The position numbers and the translations under genes are program-made. Positions 25,901 to 38,889 of a stretch of 61,916 nt of DNA are shown one piece after another (the first letter of the stretch is position 1; each line of letters starts with the position of its first letter). The notes beneath the pieces were generated by a model, which saw only the letters and a list, made by a program, of their open reading frames with translations, searched no databases and was not told where the DNA came from. This stretch comes from Enoplolaimus lenunculus (Eukaryota), in assembly GCA_030248215.1 (NCBI GenBank), contig JASANG010000424.1:496001-557916 (forward strand), read 5' to 3'.

Positions 25901-28900
25901 GTCTTGGTCTTTGCTCTGTCACATGATGGCATGGGTGACTTTGAAGGCAGCACTGAGCGTAATATTGGCACGTCAGCATAGCACTATGGTCTGCGACTGG
26001 GAGCACCTTCGCTTCGGAATGCAGATGGTCTTCTGAGGCCATTTTTAGGTTACCCGTTGCTGTCCTTATGGCATCGTTCTGTAAGCGTTGTAGCTTTTGC
26101 ACTTGTGATTTCGAGCAGTTCGGATACCAGACCGGGCAAGCATAATTTATCACCGATCTCCCGTCTGCTTTGTACGTCATTATCATAGTTTCCTTGTTCT
26201 GACCCCATGTTGAGCCAGCTAGAGCTTTCAGGATGTTAATTCGCTGTCTGACTCGTGAATACGTGTTTTCAGTGTGCCTGGGGAATTTTAGCTTTGGGTC
26301 CAGCGTCACGCCCAGGATTTTTGGGTTCTGCTCGAGGGGGATCGGCAGCCCATGAACAATGATCTGTGGGTGGTGTTTGAATTCACTGGGATCAGGCGTC
26401 AGTATGGTCACGGTTGATTTTGTTGGTGAGATCGCCAGTCCTTTGTTTTCGAAGAAGTCGATGAGCTCCGGGATATAATCGTTCAATCGTCGCGATAGCT
26501 CTTCTTTGTTGTGACCGCTCGTGTACACCGTGAAGTCATCCGCGTATGAGACGAGCTTGATGTTTGCCGGTGGAGTTGGCGCATTTGATACATAGAAGTT
26601 GAAGAGCAGTGGCGATATGATGGAGCCTTGTGGCACGCCCATGTGAATGTTTCGGAAAGGTGATACCTCATCTCTGAAACTCGTCTGGGCTTGTCTTCCG
26701 TTGTAACCGTTACCGACAATAAATAAGATTCATACAATTAAACTAATAAATCGTCGCCAAACTTTATTTTTTTACTTTATTTTTCGCTTTGCTACTGTTC
26801 CCATACCCTTCGAACAGACTCAAGACAAATCACACTGTCTCAAAACACCCTCAGTACAACCCTAATTCAAAGCTATAGTGTTGTTTTTGGTCCCGGGCAA
26901 ACTGGATAGACTGGAGAATTTATTAACATAGCGCAGACGGTATAAATGCGAATAATTGTTTACGCAAGGCCTTAAATGTTTTAAAAGCATTGTTGTTTCT
27001 ACTCAAAATCTGTTTTCTGTTGAAGCTTTTGCTTTCATTGAGTCTGTGTGGGATTTATGGTGAATATAAAGTTAATATATATCTATTAGTTACACCATAA
27101 AATTGAAAATTTCAGGCGCCTAATCAGGGTTTGTCGGGGGTACATACCACCAATCTATAAGCCAATAAACGATTTGTTGCTGTTATAAAAGATTTAATAC
27201 CAAAATGAATGACGTGTAACTTAGCTTCTCGCTCGCGAGGTTTTTTATAGTTTTAGACACACAGCAAGTTTCATGTGAACCAGAGTGGCATCGTAACCAC
27301 GATTTGACCGAATCCGAATCCATTGCTAATTTGCCGAATGCGAATCTTGCATGTTGCATATTTCAGTTATATCTAATTTGTTTCAGAATAGCAACGCAAT
27401 CCAGCCGCTTAACTTTATACGGTAATATATTTCCTGCCCGACCTCAGTTTTGAGATTTGTGACCTGAAACAAAATTTTTTACTAATATAATAAGTTATTT
27501 TTTACCGAATCCCAACCTTTGTACCACCGGGATATAAACCAAACTCGAACATCCACAGCTGTGAACTGTGAATCGTTTTGAAACTCTGGCACCGTCTTGG
27601 TCCGGCCTAAGTAAAACTCTTAGCGCTGGGACCGCTCTATTCCATTGAGTAGATGTAAATCTGTATATATTTTGTATATCAACTTTTCAGGTACTAATCA
27701 AACAAGACATATCCGCTGTCAGCGAACGTATCAAACGCATTGATCGCATTTGTTCGACAATTGAAAAATTGTTTTCTGTTTCCAAAACTGACATTGAGAC
27801 AGAAATCCGGCCAAGCGTATCCCTTTGTGACATAACTGGTGCGAATTCATATGGTGAAGCCCGCGATCCAGAAGGTAGTGATACCTTGGGAAAACGTTCT
27901 GATCATTTGAACGCAGCTACCAATGGAACGACTGAAAGGGATCAAATTTTAAGCGAAAAACTTGATAAGAAGCTGGCAAGTACGGAAAAGAAGGCTAAGC
28001 TGACCGTAGAACAGCTAAAGGACGAGTTAGAGCAAAGAAAGCGACGCTTTAGTCAGATAATTCACAGTATTTTTGAGGAGCAGCAATATGAGCACCAAAG
28101 GAAACGGGTAAAAACATCGAAGTGTGTGAAAAAGTCAAGCGAGCTTGCTAAGCAATCGGTTGGAGCTTATGCATTCAATAATGCAACTCCGTTTAAAGCC
28201 GCTAACTCGTCGCAGGAAGATAAGCGTTCGGAGATTAGATCCGGCGGAGAACAGAATATGACCGGCGAGAAGGGTTTGGACGGCGAAATCACACCTGTGG
28301 AAGTGAATGGAAACGTCGAAAACGACCGAGGCAACCAAAATGTCTTGGAAATTTCAAATGAAAATAAGAACCATTCGAGTAACATAAATGATCAAAATTG
28401 TCAATCCTTGACCAGTCAACTTTCAGGGACAGCCATGGAGTCTCAAGAAAACACTTCAGCAAATGTGGAAACGCATCGGCCTAGTGATTTGTTCTTTGAT
28501 CCAAAACAGCACAACGAGCATTTATCATCACCGCCGTCGAAATCATGCTTCTCTGGTCAACGGAGCAGGTCGGATAGCAACGAGATGATCGATCTTGGTG
28601 TAACGCCAAATGATAGCGGTTGCTATACCAGTCGTGATGACATAGCTGCCAACGCAGCATCAAGTTGTTCTAATTATATTGAGTTGACCGGAATTGCGGA
28701 AGAGCCAGCGGTTTCTCAGAGAAATATTGGATCAGTGTCAGAAACTGTCAAAGGATATAATCCTGATCAGCTGTTTGGTTCAACGATTGCTAAGCTGCGG
28801 GCGGCTATCAGAAAACTTTCAATGCCAAGTACCGTAGGGTTAGCTGCGCATGAATATAACATCGGAATGGAAGGCTGTTTAGGGGAACAGAGCGCTGAAG

Positions 28901-30534
28901 GAGCTAATCTGGGTGCTGAAACAGTTAGGTGGGTCCCGGACAATACTAAGAATAAGGATTGTGTGACTTCTGAATGCAGTTCTCTTGAAATCGCTAAGGC
29001 TTCTGAGAATAGTGCCGCTTGTGGAACGTCGGAATTGCGCAAATTTTCAGGTAGCCATAATAGGCGGCCTCTTGAGGTAGAAATGGTGGATCTTTTCGCA
29101 AATTCCGATAGTGATGATAACGATGTAGTTATTATTGATGAATTTGTCAAAACGAATAATGAAATCCACAGCAGGTGTCAGGTAGCGAACCAACCAGCTT
29201 CAAGTGGCAATTTTGAACCATTGGTGAATGCTAGGGAGACTGTAGATTCTAAGGACGGACCAAAGACAACTATACCTCAACCTAATGAGTCACTGGAAAA
29301 ATATGGAAATCCATTTCGAAGTGATATGGGGCAAGTTCAAGGAAAACAAAATTTTAGTAGCAATAATCTCAGTTATGATAGACAAGGACTGTCTGAAAGC
29401 AAGTTTGCAACTTCGGTTCATGGAGCCTACACAGCGTATCCTAGACCCCCTAAGGCGAATATTCAGACCAGTCTGGTGGACTTTGCTTCTGCTGGATGTG
29501 GGTCAAATGCATTTCAGAACTCCGTCTGCGCGTATGGGGAACCCGTTTCCGCGTATAACGATCACCAGTCTCTAAAAATTCCTAAAGATGCAGTTTATGA
29601 CGATAGATCGCGAGCGCCGGTACATTCCAGGCTTGAGCCTTCAGTTTCTAGTCGTTCGTTTGATGATTTCTGCTTGCCTAGAGCTCTCCATGACTCAGCA
29701 AGGCATCACACTCCAGCGTTTGGTGAATTTCATGGTATCTCGAACCGGCCTAGGTATACTGGATACTTCAATCACGTTGCGCCGCCGGCAAGAATGCCAC
29801 AGGATAGGACTAAAGCTCTTACAATACTACTACCGCCTAGATTTGGACCTCAGTGCCACCCTGCGAGAGGGTTTTCACGTTTCCAGCCAAATTTTGATTC
29901 GCATGGATGGTCTCAGCAATTAGAAGCTCGAGCATTTTTTGATCCAAGGCGGATGAGGCCACAATCCGGTGTGCCTTATCACAGAAATCGAGGTTCGTTA
30001 GGCGGTGCTACCCATGGCGACATTCGCAGCCCTTGGCCAGTTAGAATACCAACTGGTTTTCAGTATCGACTTGAGCCTTCTGGTTTCCGACAGCCTGTAT
30101 CTAACCAGATTAAACCTGATCACGAGCAAATGTCTACTAATTTCATGAAGGATCCTCGAGTATATCGGGATACAAAGAACCAGGGTGATATTTCGGCAAG
30201 TGTTGACTATTGGGCTGGAGAATTGCCTGGCGCCTCTCATTTCGATTGCAGCCATGGTCAAAATCAAGCTTGTTTCCCATCTGCGCCAAATGATAAAGGT
30301 GGTTCGAAAACTCAAGTTACAACAGGATCGAAAATATCAGCCCAACTTGCTAAACGACTTGATTTTTCAACGAAAATTTGCACGCAACCCAAGAGCGACG
30401 CCATCAGCAACAATAACAATTACGGGCAAAACAAGCTCAACTGCCATGACAGCAACAGCAAAAACAACAGCAACCCGAACAACAAAAACAATGACAACAA
30501 CAACAACAACAACAATACCATCAACAACAACAAC

Positions 30535-30577
<43 letters not shown>

Positions 30578-30810
30578 TCAACACTAAAGTTAGTGCTGTA
30601 TGCCTTCAAGACGAACCGAATGATGAACAAAATTCTGAATTCGAATCGGATTCAATCAATCAAAATAATCAAGCAGAGTCAAAACAAAATAACAAGCCTT
30701 GTGGTATAGTAGCACAGAACCATAACAGCCACGTCAGCAACAACAACAACAGCAGCAGCAGCAGCAACAGCAACAACAACCACAACAACAACAATAACAA
30801 TAACAGCAGC

Positions 30811-30859
<49 letters not shown>

Positions 30860-32259
30860 CGAACAATAACAAAAGCAACAACAACAAAAACAAGAACAAC
30901 AACAAAAACAACTTCAGCAGCAACAGCAAAAACAACAATGGCTTAGATGACTCTTTTGGCGACTTGCCAAGCCCGCCAGACATAAGTTTGGTCGACAACG
31001 ACTATGACGAGTATCAAAACGAAACCACAATGATCGACAGCAACGACGTAGGCAAACAAATCGTCGACGAGGAGCGACAATGTTTCAGTGATGACAACGA
31101 CGCTGTTACGCGTCATTCGGGTGATTTTGAAGGGTTTTCCGACGACGACTATGATGAGCGTAAAAAAATGACGACGGTCGATGACGTAATCAACAAGAAT
31201 GGTGTCACTGATCCAGATGATGTCATCAGTCGAAGTACCGTCATTGATCTAAATAATGTCATCATTAAAAATGATATAATTGATGACGTAATCGATCGAA
31301 ATGATGTCATGGACAACACTGACGTTATCGATCGAGATGATGTATTCGATGGAAATGACCTGAATGATCGAAATGACGTTAAAGACGCTTATGACAATTT
31401 GGACTATGACAGCGAGCATAGCAACGACGACGACCTGAAGGATCAAAGTAGAAACTGTGCCAAGCAGTATAAAAACCCTGATAATAAGGGAACGATTCAA
31501 ACTGACGTTGGTCAATGTCAAATGCGTAAATTTCATGACACTAATATGCCTGAGGATGCTTCTAAGGGTAGGATTTCGGCTGCGAGCTCAAACGAAACGC
31601 AACGATCGTTAATGATTGATTGTGATTTGAGTGGATTTGGCTTGGTTGAGAGCGGGCTTAATTCGGCTATCGGTCAGAAAACCAGCCCTTCCCTTAAAGG
31701 AAATGGGAAACTTTCTACGTTTGAGGAGGTCTACGAAAATGACGATGGGGAAAGAAGACAGTTTAGTGGTGCTATGTCTGAGGATAAAGGATGTGAGGAG
31801 AGTTGTATTCTGGAAACCGGAAACGATAGACATGATTCTGTGATCGACGAATTTTTGAAATGTTTCACCAATAGTTCGGATAAATTGTCGCCGGCCGAGC
31901 TAATTTTGCAGTTCAAAGAGGGTCACAGGGAAGAATTTAAATTCGAAGTCGACAGTTTTGGTGGAGGAAGCCAGAATGATGATCGTAATACATCTAAGAT
32001 AGAACTTAAGTTCGCTAGGACTGGTGATTCAGGACTGATTAAAATATACTCAGGGACTGGGAATGATTTTAATGTCGCTCTGGATTCGGCGCTCGCTGGA
32101 TTGTTGTCAGACTATGAAGCACTTGCGCGCGAAGGTTTTAGCACTTTGGCGGAACAGTATGTTAACTCTTGCCAAGGGGCTAGCACAATTTGTAGTAAGT
32201 CTGTCGCTGACGATAAATGGTTAGCATTTGCCAACTTTGTTAAAAACAAAATTAATTAA
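22961..32259 (+). CDS. Uncharacterised ~1640-aa largely disordered protein; exons 22961-23087, 23320-23455, 24224-24311, 27691-32259
   Basis: 4.57-kb open terminal exon preceded by TTTTCAG; three upstream exons join in phase via GTAAGT donors. Coiled-coil-like N-terminal part, R/F/G/P-rich middle, poly-Asn tracts, Asp-rich region. No domain recognised. Confidence 0.8.
25418..26705 (-). mobile_element. 5'-truncated non-LTR retrotransposon (LINE; I-group-like, clade uncertain) with (CAA)n tail
   Basis: Uninterrupted frame with GVPQGSIISPLLFNFY, YADD, KILGVTLD, C-terminal CX2CX8HX3C (CPNCGSTPHNTIHLFNC); short 3' UTR then (CAA)7; lies antisense in intron 3 of the 22961-32259 gene. Confidence 0.95.
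30408..30940 (+). repeat. Coding (AAC)n/(AAT)n/(AGC)n tracts encoding poly-Asn/Ser
   Basis: Directly visible trinucleotide runs in the open frame. Confidence 0.9.
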
Positions 32260-32660
32260 GTTAACAAATTTGGAAATGCTAAATTTTTGTTGTTATGCAA
32301 CGTAGCGATATATATCTATGAAAACAATTAAATTTCGTTTGCTCTTGAGTAGAACACGTTCCGAACAATATTGCGAGCAGTAACCCCTAATCTTTAGCTT
32401 AAGTTCAACAATTATTTACATTTAAGCTTTAGTTTAGGTTTAAATTTATGTTTAGGCTTATAATTACATTTATTCGTAGGTTCAGATTCACAATTATTGT
32501 CCGAGACGTATTGTATAAATTGGATGTTAGGTTTGCTTCTGACTGTGATTTTAGTCGAAATACGAATTTGGCTCTGTTTCAGTACGTACAATGTCTGTTT
32601 AGTGAAATAAGCTATTTACATTTCAAAAAGCAAAACGTAGTACTTCAGAAATATAGTTAA

Positions 32661-32930
32661 GCCGTATACACACGTGCAAGTTTTTGCTGCGAGAACTTGC
32701 AGCTGCAACGTGCACTTGCAAGTTTTATCAAAAATCCCGTTGGAAAAACTTACAGCTGGAAATAATTCATTAAAATTCATGGCTAGGAATGTAGTTCACA
32801 TGTGTGAATAACCATGCAAGTTCATTGAATTATTGCAGCCGCTTTCTCATTGGCTGATAAAAAATGCAAGTTATACGTGCAATTTGCAGCTACAAGTTCT
32901 CGCAGCAAAAACTTGCACGTGTGAATCGGA
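32661..32930. mobile_element. PIF/Harbinger-like MITE (family D)
   Basis: TIR CACACGTGCAAGTTTTTGCTGCG; second copy in opposite orientation at 47496-47769 flanked by TTAA/TAA. Confidence 0.75.
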
Positions 32931-34521
32931 TCATATACTAAAACCTGCATTATCATAATTAACAATTTATAGCATATAGCAGAGTGGCAACAAAAGTTCA
33001 GATTCGGTTTTAATTTCGTCGATATTTAAAGGGTCGACATTATATTCGTTGATGAAAAAGCCGACTGCAGCAAGAAAGTTCGCGAAAACTGTCTTGCGTG
33101 TGCTTGTGAAATTGAGTTGAGCAAACGGGATAATTTTTCAGACAGTTTTAACGTTTAAATTTTGAAGCTTAACGCATGAGTTTCAATGAAATTGGGTTGC
33201 AATAGTTCAAAATCTACATGTTTCTATTGGTTGCGATTTATTGCTCAGTCGGCTTGTCAAATGGCTACGGTTCAATTTTAAACGATACTTTAGTGTATGA
33301 GGGTATTTTTTGAACTCTCGATTTGGATTCTAAAAATCGTCACAAAGGATCCGTATTGGCTTCAAGTCGTTGGTTCGGTACCGCCTTGCGTGTCACTTAT
33401 CGACCGGATATTTATTTTACCGGAGCCGGATAGTGAATTTTGTACCGGAACCGGAGCCGGATGTTAATAACCGGATACAGGATTTAAATTTGTACACTGT
33501 TGGAAGTATTTGAGTTGTGCACAAAAATATGTATTTATGGATTTAAGATTAATTTTCAGTTTGGATTTTTTATTCCATGCCAGTGTCCATTCATGAATCG
33601 CTCGGAAATGCACTCGCTTCAAAATATCTAGTATTTTGACGTGCAATAAACAGTTTTATGATATTTTGAACCACAACCACACATATCCGGTAGGTTTACA
33701 CCGGATACCGAAACCGGATACGGATGTCAGATTTTGTCGGATATTAAACCAGAACCGGACCGGATATCTGGTCGATACCTGCCTCCGACTACGCACTTTT
33801 AATAATCCTGGTTTGATTTTTGGGCTTCAGCGTTATTTGCGTTTGTTTTATTATTTTGTTTTGAATGGATGTTTGTATTTTAGTATTATAGCTTGGTATT
33901 TTGTGCGTTAGAAATAGTACAAATGCATCAACTACTGTTATTAGTGATATTTAAAGGTATGCTGTAACTTATGCAGGGTCCACAATAAGCAGTGACACAG
34001 TGGTGGAAAATGGAGTTCAGTTTGAAAATATAATTTTAAACAATATTCAATTCCGGGTAATTGAATCGTATTTGTTTGCGTAGCCAGGAATAAATTGCAG
34101 TAACATAATAGTTTGCAAACTAAGAAAAACATAAATCAGTTTGCAAACTAAGAAAAACATAAATCAGTTTGCAAACTGACTTTAAATTACATTACAAGTA
34201 TTAAATCATATGAACACGATAGTGTTCATATATATGGTTCGCGCTTCTCAAGTGCGTATTTTCAGTTTAGTTTGCATGTTGGTACTCAGGTAACATCAGA
34301 CCTAGTTCGTTTAAATTTTGTACACTGATATCCTTTTCCGTCGGGAATATCTGTGCCAAAGGATTTGCTAAACGAACGTGGTCTTCAGTAGTTACGGTCA
34401 AAAAACTCCTACCAGAAAGTGCACGAAATTTTCCATTTTGGTTCAGCACTTTTTACCCGTTAGCTAAGTAATTTTATACGATTATAACTTTATAGGTACA
34501 CTTTATAGGGCTTTACGGTCG

Positions 34522-35485
34522 GGTTCACCCCAACGGTTAGTTTAACCCCAACGGTTGGTTTCACCCCAACGGTTGGTTTCCCCCCAACGGTTGGTTTCCC
34601 CCAACGGTTGGTTTCCCCCAGCGGTTGGTTTTCCCGCAACGGTTGGTTTCCCCCCAACGGTTGGTTTTCCCCAACGGTTGGTTTCCCCCCAACGGTTGGT
34701 TTCCCCCCAACGGTTGGTTTCCCCCCAACGGTTGGTTTCACCCCAACGGTTGGTTTCACCCCAACGGTTGGTTTCACCCCAACGGTTGGTTTCACCCCAA
34801 CGGTTGGTTTCACCCCAACGGTTGGTTTCACCCCAACGGTTGGTTTCATCCCAACGGTTGGTTTCACCCCAACGGTTGGTTTCCCCCAACGGTTGGTTTC
34901 ACCCCAACGGTTGGTTTCACCCCAACGGTTGGTTTCCCCCCAACGGTTGGTTTCGCTCCAGCGGTTGGTTTCACCCCAACGGTTGGTTTCCCCCAACGGT
35001 TGGTTTCACCCCAACGGTTGGTTTCACCCCAACGGTTGGTTTCCCCCCAACGGTTGGTTTCACCCCAACGGTTGGTTTCACCCCAACGGTTGGTTACACC
35101 CCAACGGTTGGTTACACCCCAACGGTTGGTTTCACCCCAACGGTTGGTTTCACCCCAACGGTTGGTTTCACCCCAACGGTTGGTTTCACCCCAACGGTTG
35201 GTTTCACCCCAACGGTTGGTTTCACCCCAACGGTTGGTTTCATCCCAACGGTTGGTTTCACCCCAACGGTTGGTTTCTCCAACGGTTGGTTTCACCCCAA
35301 CGGTTGGTTTCACCCCAACGGTTGGTTTCCCCCAACGGTTGGTTTCACCCCAACGGTTGGTTTCCCCCAACGGTTGGTTTCACCCCAACGGTTGGTTTCA
35401 CCCCAACGGTTGGTTTCCCCCCAACGGTTGGTTTCACCCCAACGGTTGGTTTCACCCCAACGGTTGGTTACACCCCAATGCTTGG
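34522..35485. repeat. Minisatellite, 18-bp unit TTCACCCCAACGGTTGGT, ~53 copies
   Basis: Directly visible tandem array with occasional 17-bp variants; explains all repetitive ORFs at 34490-35570. Confidence 0.97.
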
Positions 35486-35635
35486 TTTTATACAAATACG
35501 TTGGTTAGGCGCTTGTTTTCAGGATAAAAGTTTCTGTCATGCAAACGATTTTTTGAAACTCCGTATTTAGTTTAATCAGTCTTCTCACTTTTCATAGTTC
35601 GGATTGATGGATTAATCAGCAGCTTGGTAAAGCGG

Positions 35636-36502
35636 TTGAAACTAGAAAAAATTGCTCAGCACTTGAGCAGCATGGGATATGCTTCATATTCCTATTAAAA
35701 GGATAGTAACTAGACCAACACATTCGTTCGATGTAACCTGGAAAAATATTAAGAAACAATGGCGTCCAAAATCATGTTGACTATTAATTCCTCTGAAACA
35801 TATTGCGGATAGCAAAATGTTTGTAATTTTCTTTTATAAGAAACAAATGTTTTGCTTTAAATGTGTATTGAAGTTTTCTACACGAACGTACTAAACTCAC
35901 CTTGGGCTCTCTATTAACATAGTTAATTGAATTCCACAAGAACACTGCATGGCGACATAATTGGGGAGTTAGAGTACTGATGACCAATTTTGTAAGATAC
36001 TTTATTAAACAAGGCGTCACAAAATGACTCACAATTGATGCTTTAAAAACGACTCTTGACTTTACCCGCCTTTTAACCTTATTGACAAACAAACAAGTTT
36101 ACAAGTAGAAATCTATAAATGCGCATTTCCCTGCTAAGTTATTTGTTTCACTGCATAGTCGCGACTAGAGGATCAAAATTCTCACCGTATTCTGGCAGCA
36201 TCGATTAATCTGGCAAAAGCAAGATCATTATACGTCAGCCATGTCTCTGTAACCCTGCTATTATCTAAGAAATTTCTTAAAATGTATAATAAATCCGCAA
36301 AAACTTTCAACATAAAAATAGATTTGCTCTCCGCAATATGTTTCAGAAGAATTAATAGTCAACATGATTTTGGACGCCATTGTTTCTTAATATTTTTCCA
36401 GGTTACATCGAACGAATGTGTTGGTCTAGTTACTATCCTTTTAATAGGAATATGAAGCATATCCCATGCTGCTCAAGTGCTGAGCAATTTTTTCTAGTTC
36501 AA
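35636..36502. mobile_element. Fold-back-type element with ~155-bp perfect (~180-bp near-perfect) terminal inverted repeats
   Basis: 35636-35790 is the reverse complement of ~36350-36502; ~500-bp non-coding spacer; no TSD identified. Confidence 0.85.
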
Positions 36503-38679
36503 TTCCAGACTACGTAAAATTTTATTCTAAAATTTTACACGATTTTATAATATCAAAAAATTTTTAATTGCAAAATTAAAACTGCAATATAAATTAAAGG
36601 GGAAATTTAACGATTGTTACGATTTGCGTTTTGAAAAATATTTCCATTCCAGACTGCGTTAAAATGAATGTAGTTAGATTCCTGACAATTGACATCGTTA
36701 TTAAAATCCATTACAGACTACGGTTAAATTACATATATTCCATTTCAGACTATGCCAAGGTTACACACATTCATATCCTCACTGCATTAATTATATCTTA
36801 TTTCAAGTTGAGGCAAATTAAAATCGATTAAACTTTATATTGAAATACCTGGAATTGAATAAAAATAAAACTGAGTATTTAATAAGATTTAAGAAACAAG
36901 ATATAAAATTTCTGTCAATTCCATACGCATCTTTCCCTGAAAAACATTTGTCAATAACTTATATCATAACCACAACTATAAAGTTTTGATGAGTTCAGCT
37001 TACTTCTGTCAAATTAGGTGAAATCAGTGTTTCAAAAGTGTTATTTCAAACTCAACTTCAATTCCATTCCAGTAGATTCGCTATGTAGCGCCATTCAGTC
37101 TGCATATGTGTAATATTGGCTATTGTCGATTTGCAAACTGGTATACTAAAATAAAACGTACCCATCTCAACACCAATTTGATCGTTCTGTAAATATTTAA
37201 ATTCGTAGAAACTCTAAAAATTTATTGCACATAAACTCGCAAATTTTGGATATGTTTCTACAGTTTAATTCATGTCCAGACTGTGTAAAATCAAACGCGA
37301 TTCAATTCCTGTACACTTGTGATAAATTTTATCAAAAATTATAAAATTCAGTTTGCAAACTGAAATAAAATATTTTATAAATTTATTTGTCGGAATGACT
37401 GGAAATTTTCCACCACAGTGTCACTCCTTATTGTGGACCAAGCATTAGATGTAGTTAGATTATTGGTATATAAGGGTTTTGTTGGCTTTTCTGTAGGTTT
37501 GAATAGCCGCATATATTCATTCCATTATATTTGTTGGTATCGCTTTATGTTTTGTTTATATAATCGTGTGTGTATTGCATGTTTTGTTTGTATTCGTTTG
37601 TTAACGGCCTTTTGAGCATTTATGCAATTAAAAATTATGAAATTTTTTGTACTATAGTTTCTATAGTGTATATAGTCATATCCGTTTTCGTATTTGGAAG
37701 CACTATCCGTTTACGTTTATTTTCAACATTGGTCAATTCCCTACTAGTTTCCAGTTAAAAACTTTACATTTTAATGGTAACCAAACGTTTTTTCATGAAA
37801 TCGTAGTAGTTTCTGTCGCATGATAGATAAGTAAAAGGGTTGCGCTTCATACAAAAACATTTTCTGATATTCAAGAAATATTTTCTGAAATTCAAGACAA
37901 TTATTGCAAGATAAATACGTCTGAAATATAAAACAAATATGTCTGAAATAAAAGACTTGTTTGTTAATTTTTGAAACATATGTATTGAGATTTGACAGAG
38001 AAGTCGTCTTCAAAATTGGGAGTTAATCTCAACCAAATTCCCTAATTTTTACGCCTGAGCTCAACCCGAGACATCATTTAAATTGGTTTATTTATGTACT
38101 CTCTTAGATAAATTTCGTAAAATATGCATAATTTTACTACCGAAATTGCCGGGAGCTCGGGCAAAAATTCTACCGGAGCCTCTGGCATAGCGCAGCGGCG
38201 TTCGACGCAGTAAAGTGTATATGGCGTAGCCCTAACTAAAATTAGCGGTATATACTAATTCTAAGCGCTAAATTTTAGTATAATCGAAATTTTACGTGTA
38301 TTGTGAGGTATAAAATGTGACTATATAGTTTCGTGCGATACCTCATGTCGTGAAGTGGTTGTGAACGAATTTTTTAATCAATTGTTTTTCTGATTGAATT
38401 TCTGGTGTTGGAACATAACGTAGGAATGTCTAAAATTTGTGAAAATAAATTCTGTCGATAAAGGGTTTTATATGTTTTAGTTTATAGCTGTTGTGCTCAT
38501 TTATATTTTGGTATTTCTGGTCGAATCTATGCTGTTATCTCTGTGACGTAATAAACTGCCGATTGAAATCAGCAGAGCGAGGATTTTTAAGTTTGTTTTG
38601 CACAAAAGTTTTTATATAAAAAAGTTCCGACAGATTATAATCATAGGGTGTCTTAAACGGATAGTAAAAAAAGAACGCA

Positions 38680-38889
38680 CACAGCAAAAAATGGTGAGTC
38701 AAATTGACTCTCTCCGAAATAGGCTCTACGGGACTACACAAACCGAGTCAAAATTCGACTCCGGCAGAGTCAAATTCGATTCACTGAGTCGCATGTTTGA
38801 CTCTGGCTGAGTCGAATTTGACTCAATTTGTGTAGTCCCGTAGAGCCTATTGCGGAGAGAGTCAATTTGACTCACCATTTTTTGCAGTG
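38680..38889. mobile_element. MITE family A copy
   Basis: Same TIRs as 1979-2189. Confidence 0.85.

Noticed and set aside
34267..34449. Protein-looking 60-aa minus-strand ORF
   Set aside because: GTG start just after an in-frame stop, no in-phase acceptor and no recognisable motif.
34490..35570. Long repetitive ORFs on both strands, and a possible CRISPR-like array
   Set aside because: They are translations of a stop-free 18-bp tandem unit; there are no unique spacers, no cas genes, and the DNA is eukaryotic.
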